DNA of 64,000 nt from Macrostomum lignano (GCA_002269645.1 NIVC01000910.1:136944-200943); one strand, 5' to 3'; numbered from the stretch's first letter, positions 35,001-48,579 are shown. Notes: generated by a model from the sequence alone, not told the origin. A program made the numbers and translations.

Positions 35001-38000
35001 AGGCTTGTGTCTTGGATCAAAGGCTTGTGTCTTGGATCAAAGGCTTGTGTCTTGGATCGAAGGCATGTGTCTTGGATCAAAGGCTTGTGTCTTGGATCAA
35101 AAGCTAGTGTCTTGGATCAAAGGCTTGTGTCTTGGATCAAAGGCTTGTGTCTTGGATCAAAGGCATGTGTCTTGGATCAAAGGCTTGTGTCTTGGATCAA
35201 AGGCTTGTGTATTGGATCAAAGGCATGTGTCTTGGATCAGAGGCATGTGTCTTGGATCAAAGGCTTGTGTCTTGGATCAGAGGCATGTGTCTTGGATCAA
35301 AGGCTTGTGTCTTGGATCAAAGGCATGTGTCTTGGATCAGAGGCTTGTGTCTTGGATCGAAGGCATGTGTCTTGGATCAAAGGCTTGTGTCTTGGATCAA
35401 AAGCTTGTGTCTTGGATCAAAGGCTTGTGTCTTGGATCAAAGGCATGTGTCTTGGATCAAAGGCATGTGTCTTGGATCAAAGGCTTGTGTCTTGGATCAG
35501 AGGCTTGTGTCTTGGATCGAAGGCATGTGTCTTGGATCAAAGGCTTGTGTCTTGGATCAAAAGCTTGTGTCTTGGATCAAAGGCTTGTGTCTTGGATCAA
35601 AGGCATGTGTCTTGGATCAAAGGCATGTGTCTTGGATCAGAGGCATGTGTCTTGGATCAAAGGCTTGTGTCTTGGATCAAAGGCTTGTGTCTTGGATCAA
35701 AGGCTTGTGTCTTGGATCAAAGGCATGTGTCTTGGATCAAAGGCATGTGTCTTGGATCAAAGGCTTGTGTCTTGGATCAGAGGCTTGTGTCTTGGATCGA
35801 AGGCATGTGTCTTGGATCAAAGGCTTGTGTCTTGGATCAAAAGCTTGTGTCTTGGATCAAAGGCTTGTGTCTTGGATCAAAGGCATGTGTCTTGGATCAA
35901 AGGCATGTGTCTTGGATCAAAGGCTTGTGTCTTGGATCAAAGGCTTGTGTCTTGGATCAAAGGCTTGTGTCTTGGATCAAAGGCTTGTGTCTTGGATCAA
36001 AGGCATGTGTCTTGGATCAGAGGCTTGTGTCTTGGATCAAAGGCTTGTCTTGGATCAGAGGCATGTGTCTTGGATCAGAGGCATGTGTCTTGGATCAGAG
36101 GCATGTGTCTTGGATCAGAGGCATGTGTCTTGGATCAAAGGCTTGTGTCTTGGATCAGAGGCTTGTGTCTTGGATCAAAGGCATGTGTCTTGGATCAAAG
36201 GCTTGTGTCTTGGATCATAGGCTTGTGTCTTGGATCAAAGGCTTGTGTCTTGGATCAAAGGCTTGTGTCTTGGATCGAAGGCATGTGTCTTGGATCAAAG
36301 GCTTGTGTCTTGGATCAAAGGCTTGTGTCTTGGATCAAAGGCTTGTGTCTTGGATCAAAGGCATGTGTCTTGGATCAAAGGCTTGTGTCTTGGATCAAAG
36401 GCTTGTGTCTTGGATCAAAGGCTTGTGTCTTGGATCAAAGGCTTGTGTCTTGGATCAAAGGCATGTGTCTTGGATCAGAGGCTTGTGTCTTGGATCAAAA
36501 GCTTGTCTTGGATCAGAGGCATGTGTCTTGGATCAGAGGCATGTGTCTTGGATCAGAGGCATGTGTCTTGGATCAGAGGCATGTGTCTTGGATCAAAGGC
36601 TTGTGTCTTGGATCAGAGGCTTGTGTCTTGGATCAAAGGCATGTGTCTTGGATCAAAGGCTTGTGTCTTGGATCATAGGCTTGTGTCTTGGATCAAAGGC
36701 TTGTGTCTTGGATCAAAGGCTTGTGTCTTGGATCGAAGGCATGTGTCTTGGATCAAAGGCTTGTGTCTTGGATCAAAAGCTTGTGTCTTGGATCAAAGGC
36801 TTGTGTCTTGGATCAAAGGCTTGTGTCTTGGATCAAAGGCATGTGTCTTGGATCAAAGGCTTGTGTCTTGGATCAAAGGCTTGTGTATTGGATCAAAGGC
36901 ATGTGTCTTGGATCAGAGGCATGTGTCTTGGATCAAAGGCTTGTGTCTTGGATCAGAGGCATGTGTCTTGGATCAAAGGCTTGTGTCTTGGATCAAAGGC
37001 ATGTGTCTTGGATCAGAGGCATGTGTCTTGGATCAAAGGCTTGTCTTGGATCAGAGGCATGTGTCTTGGATCAGAGGCATGTGTCTTGGATCAAAGGCAT
37101 GTGTCTTGGATCAAAGGCTTGTGTCTTGGATCAAAGGCATGTGTCTTGGATCAAAGGCATGTTTCTTGGATCAAAGGCTTGTGTCTTGGATCAAAGGCTT
37201 GTGTCTTGGATCAAAGGCTTGTGTCTTGGATCAAAGGCTTGTGTCTTGGATCAAAGGCTTGTGTCTTGGATCAAAGGCTTGCGTCTTGGATCAAAGGCTT
37301 GTGTCTTGGATCAAAGGCTTGTGTCTTGGATCAAAGGCTTGTGTCTTGGATCAAAGGCTTGTGTCTTGGATCAAAGGCTTGTGTCTTGGATCAAAGGCTT
37401 GTGTCTTGGATCAAAGGCTTGTGTCTTGGATCAAAGGCTTGTGTCTTGGATCAAAGGCTTGTGTCTTGGATCAAAGGCTTGTGTCTTGGATCAAAGGCTT
37501 GTGTCTTGGATCAAAGGCTTGTGTCTTGGATCAAAGGCTTGTGTCTTGGATCAGAGGCATGTGTCTTGGATCAAAGGCTTGTGTCTTGGATCAGAGGCAT
37601 GTGTCTTGGATCAAAGGCTTGTGTCTTGGATCAAAGGCATGTGTCTTGGATCAGAGGCTTGTGTCTTGGATCATAGGCTTGTGTCTTGGATCGAAGGCAT
37701 GTGTCTTGGATCAGAGGCATGTGTCTTGGATCAAAGGCTTGTGTCTTGGATCAGAGGCATGTGTCTTGGATCAAAGGCTTGTGTCTTGGATCAAAGGCAT
37801 GTGTCTTGGATCAGAGGCTTGTGTCTTGGATCAAAGGCTTGTCTTGGATCAGAGGCATGTGTCTTGGATCAGAGGCATGTGTCTTGGATCAGAGGCATGT
37901 GTCTTGGATCAGAGGCATGTGTCTTGGATCAAAGGCTTGTGTCTTGGATCAGAGGCTTGTGTCTTGGATCGAAGGCATGTGTCTTGGATCAAAGGCTTGT

Positions 38001-41000
38001 GTCTTGGATCAAAAGCTTGTGTCTTGGATCAAAGGCTTGTGTCTTGGATCAAAGGCATGTGTCTTGGATCAAAGGCATGTGTCTTGGATCAAAGGCTTGT
38101 GTCTTGGATCAAAGGCTTGTGTCTTGGATCAAAGGCTTGTGTCTTGGATCAAAGGCTTGTGTCTTGGATCAAAGGCATGTGTCTTGGATCAGAGGCTTGT
38201 GTCTTGGATCAAAGGCTTGTCTTGGATCAGAGGCATGTGTCTTGGATCAGAGGCATGTGTCTTGGATCAGAGGCATGTGTCTTGGATCAGAGGCATGTGT
38301 CTTGGATCAAAGGCTTGTGTCTTGGATCAGAGGCTTGTGTCTTGGATCAAAGGCATGTGTCTTGGATCAAAGGCTTGTGTCTTGGATCATAGGCTTGTGT
38401 CTTGGATCAGAGGCTTGTGTCTTGGATCAAAGGCTTGTGTCTTGGATCAAAGGCTTGTGTCTTGGATCAAAGGCTTGTGTCTTGGATCAAAGGCTTGTGT
38501 CTTGGATCAAAGACTTGTGTCTTGGATCAAAGGCATGTGTCTTGGATCAAAGGCTTGTGTCTTGGATCAAAGGCTTGTGTCTTGGATCAAAGGCTTGTGT
38601 CTTGGATCAAAGGCTTGTGTCTTGGATCAAAGGCATGTGTCTTGGATCAGAGGCTTGTGTCTTGGATCAAAGGCTTGTCTTGGATCAGAGGCATGTGTCT
38701 TGGATCAGAGGCATGTGTCTTGGATCAGAGGCATGTGTCTTGGATCAGAGGCATGTGTCTTGGATCAAAGGCTTGTGTCTTGGATCAGAGGCTTGTGTCT
38801 TGGATCAAAGGCATGTGTCTTGGATCAAAGGCTTGTGTCTTGGATCATAGGCTTGTGTCTTGGATCAAAGGCTTGTGTCTTGGATCAAAGGCTTGTGTCT
38901 TGGATCGAAGGCATGTGTCTTGGATCAAAGGCTTGTGTCTTGGATCAAAAGCTTGTGTCTTGGATCAAAGGCTTGTGTCTTGGATCAAAGGCTTGTGTCT
39001 TGGATCAAAGGCATGTGTCTTGGATCAAAGGCTTGTGTCTTGGATCAAAGGCTTGTGTATTGGATCAAAGGCATGTGTCTTGGATCAGAGGCATGTGTCT
39101 TGGATCAAAGGCTTGTGTCTTGGATCAGAGGCATGTGTCTTGGATCAAAGGCTTGTGTCTTGGATCAAAGGCATGTGTCTTGGATCAGAGGCATGTGTCT
39201 TGGATCAAAGGCTTGTCTTGGATCAGAGGCATGTGTCTTGGATCAGAGGCATGTGTCTTGGATCAAAGGCATGTGTCTTGGATCAGAGGCTTGTGTCTTG
39301 GATCAAAGGCTTGTGTCTTGGATCAGAGGCTTGTGTCTTGGATCAAAGGCATGTGTCTTGGATCAAAGGCTTGTGTCTTGGATCATAGGCTTGTGTCTTG
39401 GATCAAAGGCTTGTGTCTTGGATCAAAGGCTTGTGTCTTGGATCGAAGGCATGTGTCTTGGATCAAAGGCTTGTGTCTTGGATCAAAAGCTTGTGTCTTG
39501 GATCAAAGGCTTGTGTCTTGGATCAAAGGCATGTGTCTTGGATCAAAGGCATGTGTCTTGGATCAAAGGCTTGTGTCTTGGATCAAAGGCTTGTGTCTTG
39601 GATCAAAGGCTTGTGTCTTGGATCAAAGGCTTGTGTCTTGGATCAAAGGCATGTGTCTTGGATCAGAGGCTTGTGTCTTGGATCAAAGGCTTGTCTTGGA
39701 TCAGAGGCATGTGTCTTGGATCAGAGGCATGTGTCTTGGATCAGAGGCATGTGTCTTGGATCAGAGGCATGTGTCTTGGATCAAAGGCTTGTGTCTTGGA
39801 TCAGAGGCTTGTGTCTTGGATCAAAGGCATGTGTCTTGGATCAAAGGCTTGTGTCTTGGATCATAGGCTTGTGTCTTGGATCAAAGGCTTGTGTCTTGGA
39901 TCAAAGGCTTGTGTCTTGGATCAAAAGCTTGTGTCTTGGATCAAAGGCTTGTGTCTTGGATCAAAGGCTTGTGTCTTGGATCAAAGGCATGTGTCTTGGA
40001 TCAAAGGCTTGTGTCTTGGATCAAAGGCTTGTGTCTTGGATCAAAGGCTTGTGTCTTGGATCATAGGCTTGTGACATAGCTAGTAAACTTTCAAGAATTT
40101 AGTCTGGAATCAAATGGATGGAAAATGGTAGGTATGTAAGCATTTGGAACAGATTCAAATCCAGCAGAAACCACTGCTGACGTGCGGGAAATTGAGTAGT
40201 AAAAATGAAAAGGACTCCGGGGGCACAGCAGGGGGGAGCAAGGCAATTTTGATAATTACCTTTGTCTCGATCCATCCAAGGAAACTGGCAACGAGAATTC
40301 CTAACCAAAAGCTCTTAACCAAAAGCTCATATTTGCAAGATACAATAAAAAGCTCACAGCAGTTCTCCCTCAAGATACATGTAGATTCGATGCTTTTTTG
40401 CGACAATTTTTTTAAACAGTTCTGACTCTCTGACCCTGACAGCAGCCGTGTGACAGTCGCGCGTATTGAGCGTGCATCTCTTTACCTTTCTAATTCCCTC
40501 CTAAGCAGAAGCTTCACTACAAATGTCGGTATTTTATTTGATTTGAATTTTTCTACCGATGCCAGCTGGAATCCTGGTTTTCAATTTGGCATCCCGAGTT
40601 TGGAACCAGGATGCCGAATATGACATTGCGATTCTGGCGCTCAAAAGCCCAGTTCGGCATATCGCGATTAATTAATTGATTGTCCATCGGATATAGCGAA
40701 TTTGGTAACTGTTTTTATTTGATAATTGATGAGTTTGTCAGCGATAAACACACTTCACTGACAGCCGTTTTGCTTAATTAGTTTTTTGCCGCGCTGGAGC
40801 TGCTCTGCCAATTTAAACAAAAGACGATGGGGGACCCCTTTCAAATGGAGCGGAGTGGACCTGTTAATTGAAAACTGCCTGTTTGCTTCAGCCAGCATTG
40901 TCAATACATTGTTAATGCGGCTCTTTTTTAAATAGCTATTGCTTTTAAAAGCAGCAAGTGCCGAAACAACTGATAAAGCCATTATGCAGATTGAAAATGC

Positions 41001-41709
41001 TGAATAGGCACTTCAGATGCTCGGAGCGCCTATGGGGGCGGACAAACGATTTTACGACGGGGATTATGATTTTTCAAGCAAAAGACCGATAGATGGAAAA
41101 TGATGAAATGTTAGCTACCTTGTTTTAGCTGTCAGCCCACTTTTACCTTTTGCTGGTAAATAACTGAATAAATAGATTTACACCGCCTGAACTCCTGTGA
41201 TTTACACCCTGATCCCTCACAGTGTGATCCGCTGCTACACCCTGAACCCTCACAGTGTGACCCGCTGCTACACCCTGAACCCTTACAGTATGACCCGCTG
41301 CTACACCCTGAACCCTCACAGTGTGACCCGCTGCTACACCCTGAACCCTCACAGTGTGACCCGCTGCTACACCCTGAACCCCCACAGTGTGACCCGCTGC
41401 TACACCCTGAACCCTTACAGTATGACCCGCTGCTACACCCTGATCATTCACAGTGTGACCCGCTGCTACACCCTGATCCCTCACAGTGTGACCCACTGCT
41501 ACACCCTGATCCCCCACAGTGTGACCCGCTGCTACACCCTGATCCCCCACAGTGTGACTCTATACATAATTGCAATCGCACTCACCCCTGACAGTCAGCT
41601 TGCGGCAATAGTCTGGCAGAGGGTTTTGTTGACATGGTTGATACTGCGGCTGAGACGACGGCTGCGGCTGCTGAAATCCATGACGCTCCTGATGGTGGTG
41701 GTTGAACAT
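32093..41709 (-). CDS. Vax: Vax-class (ventral anterior homeobox) transcription factor, 252 aa
   Basis: Exons 41709-41586 (MFNHHHQ...[12 protein letters not shown]), 32848-32661 ([63 protein letters not shown]) and 32539-32093 ([16 protein letters not shown]...). Phases 1 and 0 match. The N-flank [10 protein letters not shown]...[11 protein letters not shown] corresponds to the Vax signature DYCRRILVRD...[11 protein letters not shown]. Confidence 0.92.
33040..40075. repeat. ~7-kb 20-bp satellite (TTGGATCAAAGGCTTGTGTC)n, about 350 copies, in Vax intron 1
   Basis: Directly visible, with recurrent variants (AG/AA, CAT/CTT, 18-bp deletion units) in higher-order blocks. Confidence 0.98.
41200..41560. 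repeat. 33-bp minisatellite (CACAGTGTGACCCGCTGCTACACCCTGAACCCT)n
   Basis: Directly visible, starting just inside the Vax intron 1 donor. Confidence 0.95.
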
Positions 41710-44126
41710 TCTCCGCTACAGCTGATCGCGGTTGTCCAACAATGATATCAGAGATGTATAGTTCTAACAACCAGTTGTGGGAGAAACAATAAACTGTGAA
41801 AGTTGACTTATTTCAATAATTAAAAAATTAATAAGCGCCAGCGGAATTGGGCCAGAGAAATATTTGTGGCCACTAAGCGCAGTTCTATTAGTAGCAAATA
41901 TTGGTTTGGAGCAGAACACAGGCTAGAGTGAGGTGTGCAAGTTGAGCACGATTGCGAACACGAGAGAAGCTGGTGCTCAACGGAGACAAACAGTTTTGGA
42001 TTGGCGACTTGGGGGGAGGGGGGGTCGTGTCGCAGAGTGGCGGGGGGGATTTAATTTCGGGCGGCTCCCCGCGGCGACCACTCTCGCTTTCAATGGTGTC
42101 AGCACGGGCCTTAATTAGGCTGGGCCCCTGCCTCGCAGGGTTGCTAAATGAAATCAGAGGCCTGCAGGAGGACAGAAAGACAAGCCTGGAAGAGGAGCGG
42201 ATGCTGTGTAATTACCTGCTGGGTCGGGCAGCGGAGACGCCTCGGTCGCGTTTTGTGCCTTCGAGAGTCGAGAGGGGGAAGCGCGGCGGTCGACGACTCG
42301 CTGCAGGTGATGGCAATTAATTTTATTCGCTCATTGTTTGCGCTGGCAATTATAAACTGATCGAGAGAGAGAGAGACGCGCTTGAGGGCAGGCAGAGCAT
42401 GGGTTGGCGCGGGGTGGGGTTATTCTAACAAACAATGCAATGGGCCGCACTGCCCCACCCACTCGTCCCGCATCCATTGGCGGCAGGAATCCCCAAGCCG
42501 ATCGAGCTTCGGTTCCACGGGCCCTGGCCCAAGCCCCGCGTCAGACCGCTTTGATTCGCTGTGGGTTTCCTGTGTTAGCCGGGAGTGGAATTGCTCAGTA
42601 GATTACATGAAATTGGCGTGGGATAATAAGTGTACGGCTTGTAGCCTCGAGTTTGTAATTACACTTTCAAGAGCAACCTGAGCAGTCGGAGCTGTTGTTT
42701 GCGATCATTTATTTTGGCGCGCATTATTATGGCGTCCAACCAAAGGGCTACTCGTATTCTCAAAAATATGAACGCACGCAGTAGAATTTTACCTGACCAA
42801 AATTCCTTCGTCAACAAAAGACGTCACCCAAAGCTTGGAAAATTTAATAAAAGATTTTGACGGCAAACATGCATCATGCCAAGGTCTCTTGGTTCCAATC
42901 CGCTCTGCAGTCCCATTTCTGCGGGACTGGTGCGCGTAAAAGCGGCCTGGGGGCTTGTCGTATCGACCAACCCCTGAGGTAAAGGGTGTGTGTGTGTACA
43001 CAGCTATGTTATGAGAAAATCAGGGTCGCTGTACACCCTCCTGTACACCCTGCCGACCGTGGGTCCTCTTGGGGCTACAGGCGGCCAGGTAATCACTGAA
43101 AAGAGGGCTTAAAAGCTTAGATGGGTTGAGACGAATTCGGGGCAAAATTTATGCTGTGTAATATTTTCTTCTATTGTGTTTAGTGTCTTTCCCTCGTACT
43201 CGGAGCATGCTTAACGTTTTTGCTTTTCGGCAGATTTGCTGTGGCTTTAATAAATTACAGAATTAGTAGTATTGGCAGAGCAGCGATTTTTCCATCTTAT
43301 TTTTTGGTCATATTTTTTGCTGTTTCATATATTTCTTTCACAACAAATTTTCAGGGTAGGGTCATTGGTTTTCAAGGTTTTTTTCGTAGATTTTATGAAT
43401 AATTACTCGGATGTAATTGCTGCCTTTTGGTCGGGGTTGTCCTCTCGTTACTTGCGGGGACCAGGTGTGGGCATCGCGGTCTGAGTCCCGAGGAAGACCA
43501 AACCATGCAAAGCAATTTTCGTTGTCCAAATGAACATCAATGTGTAGCAGAAAAATTGTTGCTCCTACCTGGCTTTGAAGTTTTCTTTACCTTGCCTGCC
43601 ACAGCTGCTTGCGAGGAATTAAATGCTATTTTTTTCTACCAGCTGATTGATAAGATTTCACATGGATCTTTTTAACCGATTTTTTTCTTCTTTTGCAAAG
43701 AGCAAGAGAGAAAATTACGATGCAAGTCAGGATTTGGACAAAACTTGATCTATGAATGAATTTGCACTAAAGTAACGTATGCAATGAGTGTAAATTTATT
43801 GTAAAAAGTGAGCAGATTACTGAAGACTGAGTACATGGACCAAGTTGCTCTTCATTCTGTGAAGAGGTACAAAACGACCCAACGACTTTTCCGAGACGGC
43901 CTTTCTAAGAATGCTTCTTAGATGCTAATTATTTCTTTCTAAGATGGGTTGATTCGGACGAACTGTATGCCAAAGGCTAACGGAATGCTGACGGAATTCA
44001 GCGGCTCGGCTAACTTGTTCCCGACGTCCGGGAGGCTTTGCCTGGACTGACTTTCCAGTTTTGTAAGGACAGTCCAGCAGTTACGTGCTAGACCGCCAGA
44101 ATGCGGCGTTGTTCCAGGGGGAGTAC

Positions 44127-44518
44127 GAGAATTTTCCGCAGGAAGTTTTCCCGCCGAGGTTTTCCCGCTGGAGGTTTTCCCGCAGAATTTTTCCTGTCGA
44201 AATTTCAAGTCAAATATAGTCTATAGACAATGCTAGACTAGAGTAGACTAGACTAGACTAGACTACACATTAACTAGACTAGATTAAAAACTAGACCAGA
44301 CTAGATTAAAAACTAGACCAGACTAGATTAAAAACTAGACCAGACTAGATTAAAAACTAGACTAGACTAGATTAAAAACTAGGCTAGACTAGATTTCAAT
44401 AATACGATTGGAGTTGACTTGAAATTCCGAACTGGAAAAACTCTCACGCGAAAACCTCGCTGCGGGAAAAGCTTGTGCAGGCAAACATCGGCGGGAAAAC
44501 TTCCTGCGGGAAATTCTC
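44127..44518. mobile_element. MITE-like element with long inverted arms around an (ACTAG)n-type core
   Basis: The left end GAGAATTTTCCGCAGGAAGTTTTCCCGCCGA and the right end TCGGCGGGAAAACTTCCTGCGGGAAATTCTC are near reverse complements. The internal repeat lies at 44230-44395. Confidence 0.7.
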
Positions 44519-46554
44519 TATAGACCCGTTCCAGGTGGGTAGTGTGGAGACCTCATCGCCCGATCAGCAGGTTGACGCGGTACATGCACGTCTTTCACTA
44601 GGTCGGCGACGAGCAATCAGTCACCAACGAGGAAACTCTATCTGGAACCTGACAGAGTTTCTTCTTGTTGCGCCACTTTTACAGCTGTAGTCTAGTTCCA
44701 AGCTGCAATCGGCTAATCGTATTGGCAGTTACTTGAAATAAATTTTTTTGAAAGGTTGTTTTGATGTTTCATAACATAGTACATGTACATGTATATGTGA
44801 TAAAAAGGCTACTATCCAAGAATTCACTATACTTGTAGTAAAACATGAGGTGTGTATGATGATTTTCTGGTGAAAAAAATTTTTCTTGCATCGTGAACTT
44901 TGACTTACTTTGTATATATGTAATTTGTGGCATACATGTAAATGCATCGATTAATGAATTTGAGCAATCAGAGCTTTTGACGGCTGCCGCAGTGGCCAGC
45001 CAGAGACGCAGCTAGGGTTTATTTTCTTGGGGAGGGGGCAATCTGAATCACAGAAGATCAAAACACTTTATTACTGTTTAACAGACGTGTGAAGAAAAGG
45101 TTCCCAAAAACTTTTGACATGATTAGGCACGGCGGAAGAAGAGAAACACTGCAGTTTGTACATGTATTTGGCGGGGGGCAACACAAGGGCATGCAAATTC
45201 TGATATATTTTGGATAGAGGAAGCCTTTTTATAATTGTAACATTATTTAGTCATTTAGGCATATATTTGAGTATTTAATATATTCCGCGTGCAGCAGCAT
45301 ACAGCATACAAGGACCACTACACTTCGTTATATGCAGTCTAGGTAGTCCTTGACAGCATACTGCGAAAACATGTAATTGGGAAAGGCACCCCCCCACCCC
45401 AACAAAATTGTTGGTCGGTCAATCGCCCAAACCCTGCTCCCTGAGTCCGTCGCTGATGGATATGATTTTGAGGGGGGGGGGGGTGGTGCGGCCCAAGGCC
45501 AGCAGCAGCAGCGGTCCTCAAACAAACCAAATTTGTCTATTTAGACCCATCCTGCAGTGTAATTCAACTTTCTGGTTTTGCTAAGAAAGTAATTCGGGAG
45601 TGTTTTCCTCTGCATCTCTAAACATGGACAACTAGTTGTCCTTGACTCTAAATTGAGCTTATACCTCATGACGTTGACAATTTTTCCGGAATTTTCCCAT
45701 TATTCGGAACCCGCTACCCGTGTTCACGACGTAAAGCCAAAAACGCGCGACGCGCGCGCACTTCCCGGCTTCACCCGCGAAGCTTCATTTTATTGGAGGG
45801 AATTTAAACTGCTACATAAATCTAAGAAATGCAGTACATTTTGTATACCTTGTACTTTGATAACTTTTTAAGTAACAAAACAATATCGTTACCTTTCTTT
45901 CTGAACAACCCGTATGCACTTGACTTTTAATTTTTGCTTTTGTCTGCATTTAGTCCATCTAATATTTTACATAGAAAATCTTGGTTATTGTAATTAATAA
46001 TGTGTGCAGTGTTTATAATTATAGTAGGTAGTATGTAAATTTTCATTTTATGGCTTTTATAGCCAAGTGGTTCACGACCTCAGACCAGGATTTATCTGTT
46101 AGAAAAAAGGCCTACTGGAAGTTATTGTGAGAAATAAAAACATAGGCCTACTGCTTTGCTTTTACTGAAACTTATAAAACTTGTTACTTTGATGGATTCA
46201 AGTGCAGTGCAGATCCAGAAAATTTTGAATGGGGGCACAGATTACTAAGGTACATGCATGTACATGATAGTGTATTTTCCATATAAAAACTAAAAAAATC
46301 TAACTCAATGGGGTGCTCCCTGACCCTATGTGTCCCCCCTTAAATCCCCCAGTAAATCATAGTAAATGGATTAATTTTTATCAAATTAGGCCTAGGAAAT
46401 CAATGTTTGATTTTTAATGACACATTAGTATTATATTAGTAGTAAAGACCCAGTATGCTAGTAGAATATAATATAATATTAGATTAGTTTTCAAGCAGCA
46501 TATTATTTATAAATATTTTAATTTAGATATATAACTATCTAACCATATGCCTAG

Positions 46555-47183
46555 TCAGGATCATGCTGTGTGCTCCGGAAGCCACCTCAAAATTTTTTTG
46601 GTGTGCGCCAGGTACAACAGGCAAAATGCACAAGTGTGCCAGGTACACCAGTCCTAAATCCTAATCCTAATCATTAGGATTAGGATCCTAATCCTAATCA
46701 AATGATATCCATCATTTCTCTAATGTAAAAAATGCATGATAGGCCTATACACAAAATCACGATATATTGTAAGTTGTAACATTTCATGTTATTGCAAATA
46801 AAGATTATAAATTAAAGATTTGAAGATTTATGTTTTTAATTTAAAAAAATAAAGAATAAAAACGAGAAACAAAACATGATTTAGAGAATATTTTAAATGA
46901 AGCAACAGTTGTCAATTGTCATAACAATGTATTTGTGAAATCATTGTTAAACTTTATATAAAATTTCATGCTTCACATTAGGTTCTTTGATTTTGTCTTT
47001 CACAGTGGCCGTGGCGTAGCCTACTCCAGTGTGTGCCATGCATATGTGCCATGCAAGGTGCGCCAATTGTATATATGCCAAGGTGTACGCTAGAAGACCC
47101 TTTCAAAAATTTTGTGCGCCAAGTGTATGCCAGCTGTCCTGAATATGTGCCAGGAATTTCTGGCGTACATGACATGATCCTGA
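46555..47183. mobile_element. Possible MITE with TCAGGATCATG terminal inverted repeats and GTGTGCCA-type internal repeats
   Basis: An 11-bp perfect inverted repeat marks the ends. No clear target-site duplication. Confidence 0.35.
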
Positions 47184-47397
47184 GTGTGGCTATCTAATAA
47201 CTAAAATTTATACTTGATTAAAAATGCAATATTTCATTTAAATATTTATTTTTTTATTTGATAATTTGATAATCTTTGTTTCAATTACAACATAGTCATA
47301 AGCCTTTTGCAATGATATTTATATGTATGTTTTAATTGCTATTTATCTTTTTTTATAAATTTTGCTATAAAATTAATATCTACTTTATAATATACAT

Positions 47398-47552
47398 GTG
47401 CAACCTTGGGAATCACTCAGCTGTTTCTATTGGCAACACACATATAAGTCGCTATTGGCTGAGAGCAGTCACATGATTACTATTCTGTCCAATAGCAACT
47501 TACATGTGTGTGTTGCCAATAGAAATGGCCAGGTGAATCCCTAAGTTGTGTC
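47398..47552. repeat. ~150-bp imperfect palindrome upstream of GGCT
   Basis: TTTCTATTGGCAACACACA pairs with TGTGTGTTGCCAATAGAAA, and the flanking arms also pair. Confidence 0.8.
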
Positions 47553-47955
47553 CAAGCATGCTTTATAATAAGTTTTTCCTTAAGTAATTATTAATAGGCA
47601 ATCAAAATATTTAAAATAAAAAAAATATTTTTCCTAGATCTACCTAATTTAATGATTAATAGCTCAAAGTAATATTCTATTGCTTTTTGCTTTTTGATTG
47701 GCTATAAATCACTTAATTAAGTCTTTATAAAACTATTATTTACACTATGGTAGACCATTGTTTAAATAATAAGAAAGTAATCAATTTTATAACTAAATAG
47801 TAATGAATATGTGCTCATCTGCTGAGTTCTTTTTGAGCAACTATTCAAGCTGTATCTTTCCTATGTGAGTGTTCTCAACCTGAAAATTTTTGTCCAAATT
47901 CTCATGTCTCTGCATGTCATAGACAGTCAGCACGCCCTCAGCAGCCAATCAAATC

Positions 47956-48579
47956 ATGTCGGTCTCCTCTCTGGCCCGCCCTGGCCGATTTCTCTACTTC
48001 GGTTTTGGCAGCAACCTGCTGCGTGAGCGGCTTCGTCTGGCCAACAAGTCGGCCGAATTTCAGGCCACTGGCCGCCTGTCCGGTTATCGGTTGGAATTCG
48101 CCGACCCGTCGCATTCGCTGCCGCAGTCGGATCGCGATAAAGCGCAGCGCACTTGGCACGGCGGCGCGGCCACTATAGTTGAAGCCGACGCCCAGAAGTT
48201 TGTCTTCGGCACCGTCTGGTCCCTAGCCGATGGCGACTCCGACTCGTTGGACAGTCAGGAAGGCGTCGACAGTGGAATCTACGAGAGAATCAGCGTGACA
48301 GTCAGGCTGCTGGACTCCGGACAGGAGGTCCGGTGCCGCAGCTACCGCATGGTCCGCTGCCAGCCCATGGCCCCGTCGCCGCACTATCTCGACATCATCC
48401 TCCGCGGCGCCGTTCAGTCTGGCTTGCCAGCCGACTATGTCGACAATTTGCGCAAACGGCAGCACAATGGCTACGCTGGCGAGTGCATAAAATACTTTGA
48501 AGTGTTGCGGCAGTGCGCGGCAGCCGCTGATGATGTACCGCCATGCCAGATTGATGCGCTGCGCGGCCTGCAATTCTGA
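47956..48579 (+). CDS. GGCT: Gamma-glutamylcyclotransferase, single coding exon, 207 aa
   Basis: Motifs FLYFGFGSNL, GYRLEF, WHGGAATIV, VFGTVWSL, LDSQEGV (catalytic Glu) and PSPHYLDIILRGAVQSGLPADY match the GGCT/C7orf24 family. Confidence 0.93.
   Translation: MSVSSLARPGRFLYFGFGSNLLRERLRLANKSAEFQATGRLSGYRLEFADPSHSLPQSDRDKAQRTWHGGAATIVEADAQKFVFGTVWSLADGDSDSLDSQEGVDSGIYERISVTVRLLDSGQEVRCRSYRMVRCQPMAPSPHYLDIILRGAVQSGLPADYVDNLRKRQHNGYAGECIKYFEVLRQCAAAADDVPPCQIDALRGLQF

Noticed and set aside
33039-40079. Very long ORFs (up to 1545 aa) of [20 protein letters not shown] repeats
   Set aside because: All three + frames give the same peptide because a stop-free 20-bp unit cycles through frames. The array lies in Vax intron 1 on the opposite strand.
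45700-45790. CpG-rich patch as a possible GGCT promoter or non-coding first exon
   Set aside because: Plausible, but no donor or start site can be supported from sequence alone.
46655-46700. CCTAAT/ATTAGG repeats resembling telomeric sequence
   Set aside because: The unit is TTAGGA rather than TTAGGG, there are few copies, and it lies inside a putative MITE.
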